DNA from: an uncultured Verrucomicrobiae bacterium
Lineage (GTDB): Bacteria; Verrucomicrobiota; Verrucomicrobiia; Limisphaerales; JAFGQR01
Length of the DNA: 64,000 bases
Direction: 5' to 3'
Assembly: GCA_963788655.1 (NCBI GenBank)
Contig: CAWBHS010000072.1
Location: forward strand, 1 to 64,000
Shown here: positions 20,320-29,160 of the stretch, piece by piece
Numbering within the stretch: position 1 is the first letter of the stretch
Layout of the letters: each line of letters begins with the position of its first letter
Notes under the pieces: generated by a model
Seen by the model: the letters and a program-made list of their open reading frames with translations, nothing else
Databases searched by the model: none
What the model was told of the DNA's origin: nothing
Program-made: the position numbers and the translations under genes

Positions 20320-20394
20320 GCGCGCTTAGCTCAGTGGAAGAGCACATCCTTCACACGGATGGGGTCGCAGGTTCAAGTCCTGCAGCGCGCACCA
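20320..20394 (+). tRNA. tRNA-Val (anticodon CAC)
   Basis: Acceptor GCGCGCT/AGCGCGC-A-CCA; D-arm TAGCTCAGTGGAAGAGC; anticodon arm CATCC-TTCACAC-GGATG; T-arm GCAGG-TTCAAGT-CCTGC. Confidence 0.97.
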
Positions 20395-20440
20395 TGCTTC
20401 CCATGAATTGCTGAAAGTAGTTTGGACCTTCGCACTTGTT

Positions 20441-21736
20441 ATGATGAAAACTATGACCAATCGTCGCACCTTCCTTAAACAAACCGTGCTGAGCACCTCG
20501 GCCTTGTGGCTGGCCGGTTCCTGGCGCAGCTTCGGGCAGGATTCCCCCAATGAAAAATTGAATCTGGGCATTGTGGGCGTATCCGGTCGTGGCGGCGCTA
20601 ATTTGGCCGGCGTCTCCAGCCAGAACATAGTCGCGCTGTGCGACGTGGACGACAACAACCTGGCCAATGCCGCGAAGCGCTTCCCTGGCGCGAAAACCTA
20701 TAACGACTTTCGCCGGTTGCTGGATCAGCGGGGCATTGACGCCGTCGTCGTGAGCACGCCGGACCACACGCACGCCGTGGCGGCGGTCGGCGCGTTGAAA
20801 AGTGGGCGTCACGTATATTGCGAGAAGCCGCTGACCCGCACGGTTTCTGAATGCCGGGTGGTGACTGACCTCGCCCGGGAGAAGAAGTTGGTGACCCAGA
20901 TCGGCACCCAGATCCATGCCGGGAACAATTATCGCCGTGCGGTGGAATTAGTGCAAAGCGGCGCCATTGGCAAGGTGGCCGAGGTGCATGTTTGGGTCAA
21001 CGTGACCTACGGCGGCAAAGACCTGCCAACGGACAAGCCACCCGTGCCGCAGAACCTGCACTATGACCTGTGGTTGGGACCGGTGAAGTATCGGCCCTAC
21101 AATCCGGCCTGGGTTCCCTTTGCCTGGCGAAACTGGTGGGCGTTCGGCGGTGGCGCGTTGGGCGATTTTGGCTGTCATTACATGGACTTGCCGCATTGGG
21201 CGCTGGAGCTCAGTCATCCGGAAAAAGTTGAAGTGCTCGACGGCCCACCGGTGCATCCGGAATCCACGCCTCCCTGGTTGATTGTGCGTTACCGCCATCC
21301 GGCCCGCGGCGACAAGCCGCCCGTGAAAGTGACGTGGTATCACGGCGGCCGGCATCCTTCGTTCCTGACCAAAGAGCAATATGATCAATGGAAAAGCGCG
21401 GTGCTGTTCATCGGCGAGAAAGGCCAGTTGATTTCCAACTACGGCGCCCATGAACTGTGGCCGGAAAATGAGTTCAAGGACTTTCAGCCGCCAACACCGT
21501 TCATCAAGAACTCCATTGGCCATCACCAGGAATGGATCGAGGCCATCAAGGGCCACGGTACCACGACTTGCCAGTTCGGCTATTCCGGTCCGCTGACGGA
21601 AACCGCTTTGCTTGGCAACGTGGCGTTTCGCGTGGGCAAGACGCTCGACTGGGACTGGAAAAACTTGCGAGCCAGAGATTGTCCGGAAGCCGATCAATAT
21701 CTCCAGCATCACTACCGCGAGGGCTGGAAGCTTTAG
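20441..21736 (+). CDS. Tat-exported Gfo/Idh/MocA oxidoreductase
   Basis: NRRTFLK; GIVGVSGRG; STPDHTH; HVYCEKPL; GDFGCHYMD. Confidence 0.93.
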   Translation: MMKTMTNRRTFLKQTVLSTSALWLAGSWRSFGQDSPNEKLNLGIVGVSGRGGANLAGVSSQNIVALCDVDDNNLANAAKRFPGAKTYNDFRRLLDQRGIDAVVVSTPDHTHAVAAVGALKSGRHVYCEKPLTRTVSECRVVTDLAREKKLVTQIGTQIHAGNNYRRAVELVQSGAIGKVAEVHVWVNVTYGGKDLPTDKPPVPQNLHYDLWLGPVKYRPYNPAWVPFAWRNWWAFGGGALGDFGCHYMDLPHWALELSHPEKVEVLDGPPVHPESTPPWLIVRYRHPARGDKPPVKVTWYHGGRHPSFLTKEQYDQWKSAVLFIGEKGQLISNYGAHELWPENEFKDFQPPTPFIKNSIGHHQEWIEAIKGHGTTTCQFGYSGPLTETALLGNVAFRVGKTLDWDWKNLRARDCPEADQYLQHHYREGWKL

Positions 21737-21889
21737 CTCGGATATTTGTTACCGGATGGCGCCCACCATCCTCATCACTCCTCCCGCGTGGCTGCGTTTG
21801 TTACTGGCTGTGCGAAAACTCCCGCAGCGCGCTGGCTGAGGGCAGCCGGCCTACAGGAACCGGTGTAAAACGGTCCTTGTGTAGATCCG

Positions 21890-22135
21890 GTGCCTTCACC
21901 GGGCGCTAAGAGCGACTGGTCGGCCACGCCGTTGTTTTGGATGCCGATGGTGATGGCAACTCCGGCGATCTGCTTTTGTATCGGCATGATTCTGCTAGCT
22001 GCACGCAGGCATTCCAGGTTTTCTCGACTGGTTTGGGGCGCGTTGCTGGCTGCATTACTGCCGGTCAGCCTCGGCACCTTGCTCGCGGTTTGGGCGGTTA
22101 AGATCTTGTTGTCTATGAGTGAAGTGAGCATTTGA
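21890..22135 (+). CDS. Small two-TM hypothetical protein, probably a 5'-truncated gene cassette
   Basis: Two hydrophobic segments; stop directly followed by an attC-like site. Confidence 0.45.
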   Translation: MPSPGAKSDWSATPLFWMPMVMATPAICFCIGMILLAARRHSRFSRLVWGALLAALLPVSLGTLLAVWAVKILLSMSEVSI

Positions 22136-22266
22136 ATCTGCCTGGCGCGCTGCAGCGAACCGTCGCCCCACTGGACCGGTGGACGGTTCGGGTCATTTGT
22201 CAGCGATTGTTGCAGCCGACCGGGAGTTTCCGGCGGCGGTCGCTGAACTCGTTGACGGAGTAAGGC
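22136..22266 (+). mobile_element. Degenerate attC-like integron recombination site 1
   Basis: GCGCTGCAGCGAACCGTCGCC...GGCGGCGGTCGCTGAACTC pair with unpaired extra bases on the left arm; ends GTAAGGC immediately before ATG 22267. Confidence 0.65.
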
Positions 22267-22728
22267 ATGAAAACGTTTCTACTGCTGATCGGCACGCTTG
22301 TGGCCGCTGGAGTTGCTCGGGCTCAGAACGATGTGCCATCAGGCAAGCTCGGTTTCCCGTTGGGGTCATACCTGACCGTGGAAGGCCAAGCTGCAAAAGC
22401 GGGTTTCAAGGTGAACCCGACCTGTACCTTGGTGGTGGATACCGTCAATGGGAAACCGCTTAGGCAACCAGTCCCCATTGTGGTGGAACACCTGAATATC
22501 GTAAATCCATTGCCGCAACATGGTCGTGTGGTTATCAAAGGGTATGAATCGGGGAAAATGATCGGTACACCACCGGGAGCTATTGCGGCGGCAAAAGAAG
22601 CCGGGAAAGACATTGCCTTACCGCAGGCAGGTTGGCAGTTCTACCGGTTTTTCGTTCTCACTTCCTGGGGGCTCCCCAAGAGGCCCGAAATCCAGAAGGA
22701 CAAGGTCGAGAATCGAGTGAGCGAATGA
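22267..22728 (+). CDS. Secreted hypothetical protein (gene cassette)
   Basis: Signal peptide MKTFLLLIGTLVAAGVARA; lies between two attC-like sites; 3' end reads into the second. Confidence 0.7.
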   Translation: MKTFLLLIGTLVAAGVARAQNDVPSGKLGFPLGSYLTVEGQAAKAGFKVNPTCTLVVDTVNGKPLRQPVPIVVEHLNIVNPLPQHGRVVIKGYESGKMIGTPPGAIAAAKEAGKDIALPQAGWQFYRFFVLTSWGLPKRPEIQKDKVENRVSE

Positions 22729-22798
22729 GCGGCATGCACCTCAGTTCAGAATTTGGAACGGTATTGGATGCCGCTCATCGCTCCGCTCAGCGTTCGGC
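22704..22798 (+). mobile_element. Degenerate attC-like site 2
   Basis: GAGCGAATGAGCGGCAT (22719-22735) pairs with ATGCCGCTCATCGCTC (22768-22783) with one extra A; ends GTTCGGC, 1 nt before ATG 22800. Confidence 0.7.
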
Positions 22799-22799
22799 C

Positions 22800-23279
22800 A
22801 TGCAGTGCGCCGTCGTGTTGCTCCTGTTCGTGATGTTTGTCGCTGCTGGTGCATCCGCCGCGGGGTCCGACGCGAACGACGCGTTGTTGCGCGCCGCCAG
22901 CAAGTCACTTCCGCGGGGAATCTCGACGAACGAAATTGCGAATGCATTTGCGAACGGGCTATGGAATTCCAATCGGACGGCGGTTGCCGTTGCGTTTCCC
23001 AGGCCGAAGGCGTCAGTGGTTTTTGTGTTTCTCCGACAGACAAACGGTACATATCTGGCGGCTGATGCCAGCGGCGTAGAGGGCGGTAATTTTGGCAAGC
23101 TTGGGATCGCTGGAAGGAAGGGCTATGATCGCTTCGAGACAATGCCAGTTCGATGGATGCACCGGGAGGACGGCTGGTTTCAGGTTGTCATGCGTACCAG
23201 AGCTTGGAAGGCCGGACAGCGATACACGGTATCCGAGCCATTGCTCATCAAACCGAATGGCACTGTGTTGTATCGGTGA
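22800..23279 (+). CDS. Secreted hypothetical protein (gene cassette)
   Basis: Signal peptide MQCAVVLLLFVMFVAAGASA; bounded by GTTCGGC and its exact complement GCCGAAC (23297-23303). Confidence 0.7.
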   Translation: MQCAVVLLLFVMFVAAGASAAGSDANDALLRAASKSLPRGISTNEIANAFANGLWNSNRTAVAVAFPRPKASVVFVFLRQTNGTYLAADASGVEGGNFGKLGIAGRKGYDRFETMPVRWMHREDGWFQVVMRTRAWKAGQRYTVSEPLLIKPNGTVLYR

Positions 23280-23522
23280 CGCGACAAGACGACAAAGCCG
23301 AACCGGAGGCACCGAACGCGGCGACCGATTCGCGGTCATCCCCCCTGATGCCGGTCAATGATCGGAGTGTCGTTGACCAACGAGCGACCGGGGCGACCAG
23401 GGCCAGTTCGGAACGCACATCACGGGTATCCGAAAAGTTTGGCGCCAAAGCCATGGCGCACGTGGCAGGCAGTGGATGCTCCTGGCGCCACGGAGTGATT
23501 TATTCACGCGGACTCCGGAAGC

Positions 23523-25352
23523 CTACCGCAGACCCTTGGCCTCCAACATGCGCAGTTCGACGGTCCATTCGTTCCGCTGAGCTTCGGTGACGCCGGGATC
23601 GGGCAGCAGGCTGCGGCGGGTACAATTGATGAGCGCCTGCAACGTCTGGTAACGCCGGGTTTCTTCGATGGCTGGCGGCAGTTGATCCCGCACGACGGCT
23701 AAAATCTGTTTGAAATCCAGTTTACCGTTCGTCCCCTTGGTCTTGGCTTTGGCTTTCAGTTCGGAACGCAACGAGGAAAAACTCGCCGCCGAATATCCGC
23801 GCGTTTCTGCTTCGAGCGTTTTCAACTGTTTGGGCGTCGGCGGTTGGGCCATGACCGGCTTGACGGTCCAACGCAGGAAATCTTCGCGGTCCTTTCCTTC
23901 GGGATCGAGGATGGGAATGATTAAATCGCCGACGCGCCCCGGACGCCGCAAGTCGGGCGAGAGTTGGTGGATGCGCGCGGTGACCAGCAGCCAGATCACC
24001 CGGCCGCGGTTCTGCGGGTCGGCCATCATGGCCTGCAATTTCCCGGTGAGCCGGCGTTCGGTTTCGTGCGTGTCCGGCCCCACGCCGCCGAATTGGGTGT
24101 CGGCTTCGTCGATGAAAATAAGCACTTTGGCCAGGGCATTCAGGACGCGGCGCAGGCGTTCGAAAATCACGTCGGTTTGCCCGAACCATTGGCTGCGAAT
24201 GTTCTTGAGGACCATCACCACGATGTCCAGTTCGGCGGCCATGGCTTCGAAGATGAACGTCTTGCCACTGCCAATGGGGCCGCACACCGCCGCACCCGCC
24301 AGCGCTTCGGAACCGGTGGCGGTGAACCGCGGAATGAGTTCGTTCTTTAAGAATTCCTTGAGCTGGGTAAAGCCCATCACGTCATTGAAACTGTGCGTGG
24401 GCTTTTTGAACTCGACGATGTCCTCGCCTAATTGGCTTTGAATGAACTCCTCGACCTTCGCGACAACGTCTTCCTGGAGCAGTTGTTTCTGTTCATGCCG
24501 CGCGCCGGTGAGGAGTTGGCGCAGCGCGTGAATGGACAGGCCGGCGGTCAGTTTGGCCAGTGCTTCTTCGGTGCTCCAGAGTTGGAGCTTCGCCGTGGGA
24601 TCTTTCTGGCGGAACCAGGAAATGAAATGCCGGCGGGCAGTCTCATCCGGCGCGGGTACTTCCACCTCGAGCAACTGGGGCAAACGGGCGATGCGGTGAT
24701 TGAGCAGGCTGCGCGATTCGGCCAGGAGCACCACCGAGTCGCCGCTGTTGAGAAAGCCCGGATCGGAAAACCAATCCTGGCTGATGGTCACGCGTTGCCG
24801 GTCCATGTCCGAGAGGCTGGCAATGGGCACTTCAGGCATGAGCACGTCCGCGCCTTCAATCACGATCAACAGATTTTCCGACAGCAGGCGTTGGCCGTCC
24901 CGCTCCGTGCGCGCGCACAAGCAGATTTGCCGCAGGAGTTCCAGGGCCAGCGTGGGATTGCGCAAGGCGCCGCGCAGACTATCGTCATAAGTGCTCACCA
25001 CCTGGTCCAACTCCGCCTGCGATTTGCCTTTGGCCAGCATTTGCTGGATGGCCAATTGGTTGCTGTCGTAACCCAACCGCCATTGAATCCAGGCGTCGCG
25101 CACCTTCTGCGCGTCGGCCTCGCGCGCGAACCGGATCGGCTGGTTCAATTCGTAGGTAATGAGGACGATGTTTTGCAGGCTCCAACTCGCCGCCAGGAAA
25201 TTCATGAGTGGCACGTAGGTTTCACCCGTGTCGCTAGCCTGGCAAAACAGGTCGTTGATATTGCCCGTCAGCACAATCGAACGGGCTTGGCCGGAGTTGA
25301 GAATGCGCCCGGCGCGTTTCAGAAAGGTGTGTTCAGGGGGAGGAGTGCTCAT
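23523..25352 (-). CDS. AAA+ ATPase with degenerate N-terminal AAA-like module
   Basis: Walker A GPIGSGKT, Walker B IFIDEAD, pore loop SQWFGQT, SRH DLRRPGR. Confidence 0.88.
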   Translation of the reverse strand: MSTPPPEHTFLKRAGRILNSGQARSIVLTGNINDLFCQASDTGETYVPLMNFLAASWSLQNIVLITYELNQPIRFAREADAQKVRDAWIQWRLGYDSNQLAIQQMLAKGKSQAELDQVVSTYDDSLRGALRNPTLALELLRQICLCARTERDGQRLLSENLLIVIEGADVLMPEVPIASLSDMDRQRVTISQDWFSDPGFLNSGDSVVLLAESRSLLNHRIARLPQLLEVEVPAPDETARRHFISWFRQKDPTAKLQLWSTEEALAKLTAGLSIHALRQLLTGARHEQKQLLQEDVVAKVEEFIQSQLGEDIVEFKKPTHSFNDVMGFTQLKEFLKNELIPRFTATGSEALAGAAVCGPIGSGKTFIFEAMAAELDIVVMVLKNIRSQWFGQTDVIFERLRRVLNALAKVLIFIDEADTQFGGVGPDTHETERRLTGKLQAMMADPQNRGRVIWLLVTARIHQLSPDLRRPGRVGDLIIPILDPEGKDREDFLRWTVKPVMAQPPTPKQLKTLEAETRGYSAASFSSLRSELKAKAKTKGTNGKLDFKQILAVVRDQLPPAIEETRRYQTLQALINCTRRSLLPDPGVTEAQRNEWTVELRMLEAKGLR

Positions 25353-25377
25353 GTGAAGTCGAGGGCGTTCGGGCCGT

Positions 25378-26387
25378 TCAACCGGACAAATTGGCGGCCA
25401 CGTTCGAAGTGGCGGCCGGCTTCAAATCCGTGGGCGGTTTCGGCATGGGTTTCTGCCAATAGGTCACGTGCTCGTTGCGGTCCTGTTGCACCGCGGGATC
25501 GAAGACCGTTCGGCGGATCTCTTCCCGCTGCGCCGCGAATTGCTCGAAGTGCCGGGTGTCCTGCGGTTTAAAAACCGGCGAGGACTTGTCGTACACAATG
25601 GTGGCGCCCGGAAACTTGGCGAACCCCGCTTGCTTCCAATCCCAATATTGCGAGAGGCCCGCCACGCGGTCGCCCACGTAAATGGCTTCGTTCAATTCGT
25701 GCGTGACAATGATCAGCGTGTGTGGCGGCAGTTTACCTTCTTCGCGGGCTTTGAGATTTTCGGCGTACAACTCGAGCAGCATCCTTTGGAGGTCTTCCCG
25801 CGTGGCTTCGTCCAACGCGCCGAACGGCTCGTCCAGCAGGATGATCTCCGGCTGCATGATGAGCGCCTGGGCGAGCGCGACGCGCTGCTGCATGCCGCCG
25901 GACATTTCCTGCGGATACAGGTTGATCGCGTCCCCCAACTTGAGCCGGGCCAACAGTTCGGCCGCCATCTGCCGGTGTTCTTGCGCAGCCGCCGCCATTG
26001 GGCGGGTTTGCACCAGCGGAACGGGATCGTCGTTCGGTCCAACATCAGCCCAAGGGCTACGTTTTCTTCGGCGGTAAGAAACGGAAACAGCGAGTATCGT
26101 TGATAGACGATGCCCCGGTCGCGGCCCGGTCCCGTGACCGGCATGCCGGCTTGCGGTTCCCCGCGGCGGAACAGCAACGTCTGCCCACGCCGGGGCAAGT
26201 GCGTGCCGACGATCGCGCGCAGCAGCGTGGACTTGCCGCACCCGGACGGACCAACCAGCGACAGGAATTGGCCGCGCGCCACCTTGAGGTTGATGTCCCC
26301 CAGCACGTGCTTGGGGCCGAACCAGTGGTGCATGCCGCGGCATTCAAGGGCCAGCGGGGGCACAGCGTTATTGGTGTCGGATGGCAT
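25378..26387 (-). CDS. NitT/TauT-type ABC transporter ATP-binding protein (frameshift near 25980)
   Basis: GPSGCGKST, RGIVYQRYSLFPFL in one frame; MSGGMQQRVALAQAL, LLDEPFGALD, VTH in the next. Confidence 0.88.
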
Positions 26388-27174
26388 ACCAGGGGCACAG
26401 ACGGCGTTGCAGTTCCTTCAACAAATAGTCCATCGTAAATCCGAAACCCGCGAGCAGCGCCAGGTAGGGATAGACGATGCTCATGTTCAACAATTTTGAT
26501 TCGAGCCGAATGCGATAACCAAATCCCACGTCGCCGACAATCATTTCCGCGGCAATCAGGAAGACCATCGCCGGCCCGATTACCAGCCGGATCGAATCGA
26601 TGAGCGTGGGCAACACGTAACGGAAGATGATGGTGCCGATCACTTCCAGGTGAGACGCGCCCAAGGTGTAAGCCTTGAACTGGAGTTCCTCCGGAAACGC
26701 TTTGACCGCGAGATAAACCGACATCGCCATGGTGGGCAAAATCCCAAATGCGATCATGGACACGTACATGTTTCCTCCGGTGCCCACGACGACGAAGAAA
26801 ACCGCCAGAGCGGCCGTAGGCGGCACTTTGGCCAGGAGCGATAACGACGGGTAGAAGAACGCTTCCACCGGTGCGAAGCACCCCATCGCCATGCCGAGAA
26901 TGATGGCGCCGGCCACGCCAAAACCCAGTCCCACGAACAGCCGCATGCCGGTGGCCTTGGTATCCGCCACCACCCAACGGTCGTGTGAGCGTTCGTTGAA
27001 CTCAAAGGCTTTGACGACGCCCTGGCCGAGCTGGGACCAGGTAGGCATGGTGGTATCGCCCGGATTTACCCGGTGTTGGCGGTACGACAGCACGGTGTAG
27101 GCGCCCAGCCCAATGACAATGGAAGCCACCCCCAACCAGATGGTGGCCACGCGCGAAATAGGGCGGCGAATCAT
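26368..27174 (-). CDS. NitT/TauT-type ABC transporter permease
   Basis: TM helices; KVPPTA; EAA-like KAYTLGAS; LIAAEMI...GFGY. Confidence 0.88.
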   Translation of the reverse strand: MIRRPISRVATIWLGVASIVIGLGAYTVLSYRQHRVNPGDTTMPTWSQLGQGVVKAFEFNERSHDRWVVADTKATGMRLFVGLGFGVAGAIILGMAMGCFAPVEAFFYPSLSLLAKVPPTAALAVFFVVVGTGGNMYVSMIAFGILPTMAMSVYLAVKAFPEELQFKAYTLGASHLEVIGTIIFRYVLPTLIDSIRLVIGPAMVFLIAAEMIVGDVGFGYRIRLESKLLNMSIVYPYLALLAGFGFTMDYLLKELQRRLCPWYAIRHQ

Positions 27175-27442
27175 GGGCCGGAGCTTAACAAAGCCGTCCG
27201 GCTCCAACAACTGTGGAATTCCAACGGGTTTCGGGGGAGCAGTGTTTGCCGATGGCCTTTACTATTGGTGGGACAGGCGGGCTGCCCATGCCACCAGGGC
27301 CGTCATGCCCCTTGAATGAAGGCGTGCGGTTCTGCGTCTCAGTTATTCCAGTCGCGTTCCAGGCTCGGGTGAGCCAGTCGGGCTGAACTATTTAAACCAT
27401 TGCAGCGCCTATTCCAGGGCCACGAACCAGTCGAAACCTTTT

Positions 27443-28798
27443 ATGAAACAAAAACCTGCCCCGTTCTCTCGCCGTGCGTTCCTGCGCGCAGCCGGCACCT
27501 CAGTTGCCGCCTTCACCGTTGTGCCCCGTCATGTCATCGCTGCCAGCGGACAGAATCCGCCCAGCGAAAAGCTGAACATTGCTGGCATCGGCGTCGGCGG
27601 TCAGGGTGCCGGCGACATTGGGGCCGTGGCGGGAGGCAATAACATCGTGGCCTTGTGCGACGTCGATTCGCGTCGGTCGGGAGGAACCTTCCAGAGGTTT
27701 CCCAAGGCCAAATCGTATCAGGACTTCCGCAAGATGTTTGACCAAATGGACAAGGACATTGACGCGGTCGTAGTAGCCACCCCCGACCATTTCCACGCCG
27801 TGGCCGCAATGGCCGCCATCAAACGCGGCAAACACGTCTATTGCGAGAAGCCGCTGGCTCACTCGGTTTACGAGGTGCGCGAATTGATGAAGGCTGCCCA
27901 GGAGCACAAGGTCGTTACCCAACTGGGCAACCAGGGACACTCGTTCGGTTCCATCCGCGACTTTTGCGAATGGATTTGGGACGGCGCCATCGGCAACGTC
28001 CATACCATCAATGCGGGCTGCACGGCGGTGAACTCGGGAATCGATCAACTGCCCCGCCTCAAGGAACACCACGACGTGCCGGCGACGCTCAATTGGGACC
28101 AATGGCTTGGGCCCGCCCGGGAACGTCCTTACCATCCCGCGTATTTGCCAGGTCGGTGGCGCGGTTGGGTGCCGTTTGGCAACGGCACCATCGGCGACTG
28201 GGCCTGCCACGTGGTGGATCCCGTGTTCTGGGCGCTGGACTTGGGCGCGCCGGCCACGGTTGAAGCGCAGGTGAAAGACTACGATCCCAAGACCCAGGGC
28301 GACGCGTTTCCCAAGGGCGAAATTATTACCTACACCTTCCCGGCCAAGGGCAAACGCGGCCCCATCACGATGCGTTGGTACAGCGGCACGGAACGGATTC
28401 CGCGTCCGGCGGAAATGGATCCCGACGACAAAGGCATCGGCACCGGCGCGGTGGTCATGGGTGACAAAGGAACGATGGTGTACGGCTCCCACGGTGCGGG
28501 CGGAGTGCGGCTCATTCCGCAAGCGAAGAACGAAGCCTATAAGCGCCCGGAAAAAACGCTGCCGCGCGTTAAGGAACATCACTGGGATTGGCTGCAAGCG
28601 ATTCGCACCGGCAGAAAGGCCGGTTCCGACTTTGCCGCGTACGGAGGTCCGTTGACTGAAATTGCGATGCTCGGCGTGATTGCCATCAAATTGCCCGGCC
28701 GCAAGCTCGAATGGGACACCAAGAAAATGCGGTTTGCCAACTCAGACGAAGCCAATCAGTTCATCAATCCGCCCTATCGGACTGGGTGGAAGTTGTAG
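27443..28798 (+). CDS. Tat-exported Gfo/Idh/MocA oxidoreductase
   Basis: SRRAFLR; GIGVGGQG; ATPDHFH; HVYCEKPL; GDWACHVVD. Confidence 0.93.
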   Translation: MKQKPAPFSRRAFLRAAGTSVAAFTVVPRHVIAASGQNPPSEKLNIAGIGVGGQGAGDIGAVAGGNNIVALCDVDSRRSGGTFQRFPKAKSYQDFRKMFDQMDKDIDAVVVATPDHFHAVAAMAAIKRGKHVYCEKPLAHSVYEVRELMKAAQEHKVVTQLGNQGHSFGSIRDFCEWIWDGAIGNVHTINAGCTAVNSGIDQLPRLKEHHDVPATLNWDQWLGPARERPYHPAYLPGRWRGWVPFGNGTIGDWACHVVDPVFWALDLGAPATVEAQVKDYDPKTQGDAFPKGEIITYTFPAKGKRGPITMRWYSGTERIPRPAEMDPDDKGIGTGAVVMGDKGTMVYGSHGAGGVRLIPQAKNEAYKRPEKTLPRVKEHHWDWLQAIRTGRKAGSDFAAYGGPLTEIAMLGVIAIKLPGRKLEWDTKKMRFANSDEANQFINPPYRTGWKL

Positions 28799-28931
28799 GG
28801 CAGTTGTCTCGGTCCCAACGAAAGCCGAGAGCAAGCACTGCGCACCCCAAACGTTGACGCAACTCATTGCCCATCGTTCCGACGGTGGTGGGCAATTATC
28901 ATAAACACGGAAGGGTATTGCCCTGAGCATC

Positions 28932-29000
28932 GGAGCGCCGACATTCTTGTCGGCTCGAATCATGCACCAACGACCGAGTCGACGAGAATGTCGGCGCTCC
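28932..29000. repeat. GGAG-type REP doublet
   Basis: GGAGCGCCGACATTCTTGTCGGCTCG...CGAGTCGACGAGAATGTCGGCGCTCC. Confidence 0.7.
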
Positions 29001-29160
29001 CTGGAATGCGGGTTCATCGCAGGCGGCATGGTTTCAGAAAGTTGGTGCGAACTTGGATCCTCAGCGATCGCCATTGAAAGCAGCCGGCACCGAAAATACC
29101 CGGGCGGATGCGCATAGTTCTTGTCTTGAATTGCCGCTCCAAATCAGGAGGATGAGGCTC

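Noticed and set aside
20320..20394. tRNA-Val as integration site of a genomic island
   Set aside because: No integrase and no duplicated tRNA 3' end seen in the window.
28797..28923. Possible further MITE bounded by AGGGCA...TGCCCT
   Set aside because: Terminal match is only about 6-8 bp and there is no second copy in the window.
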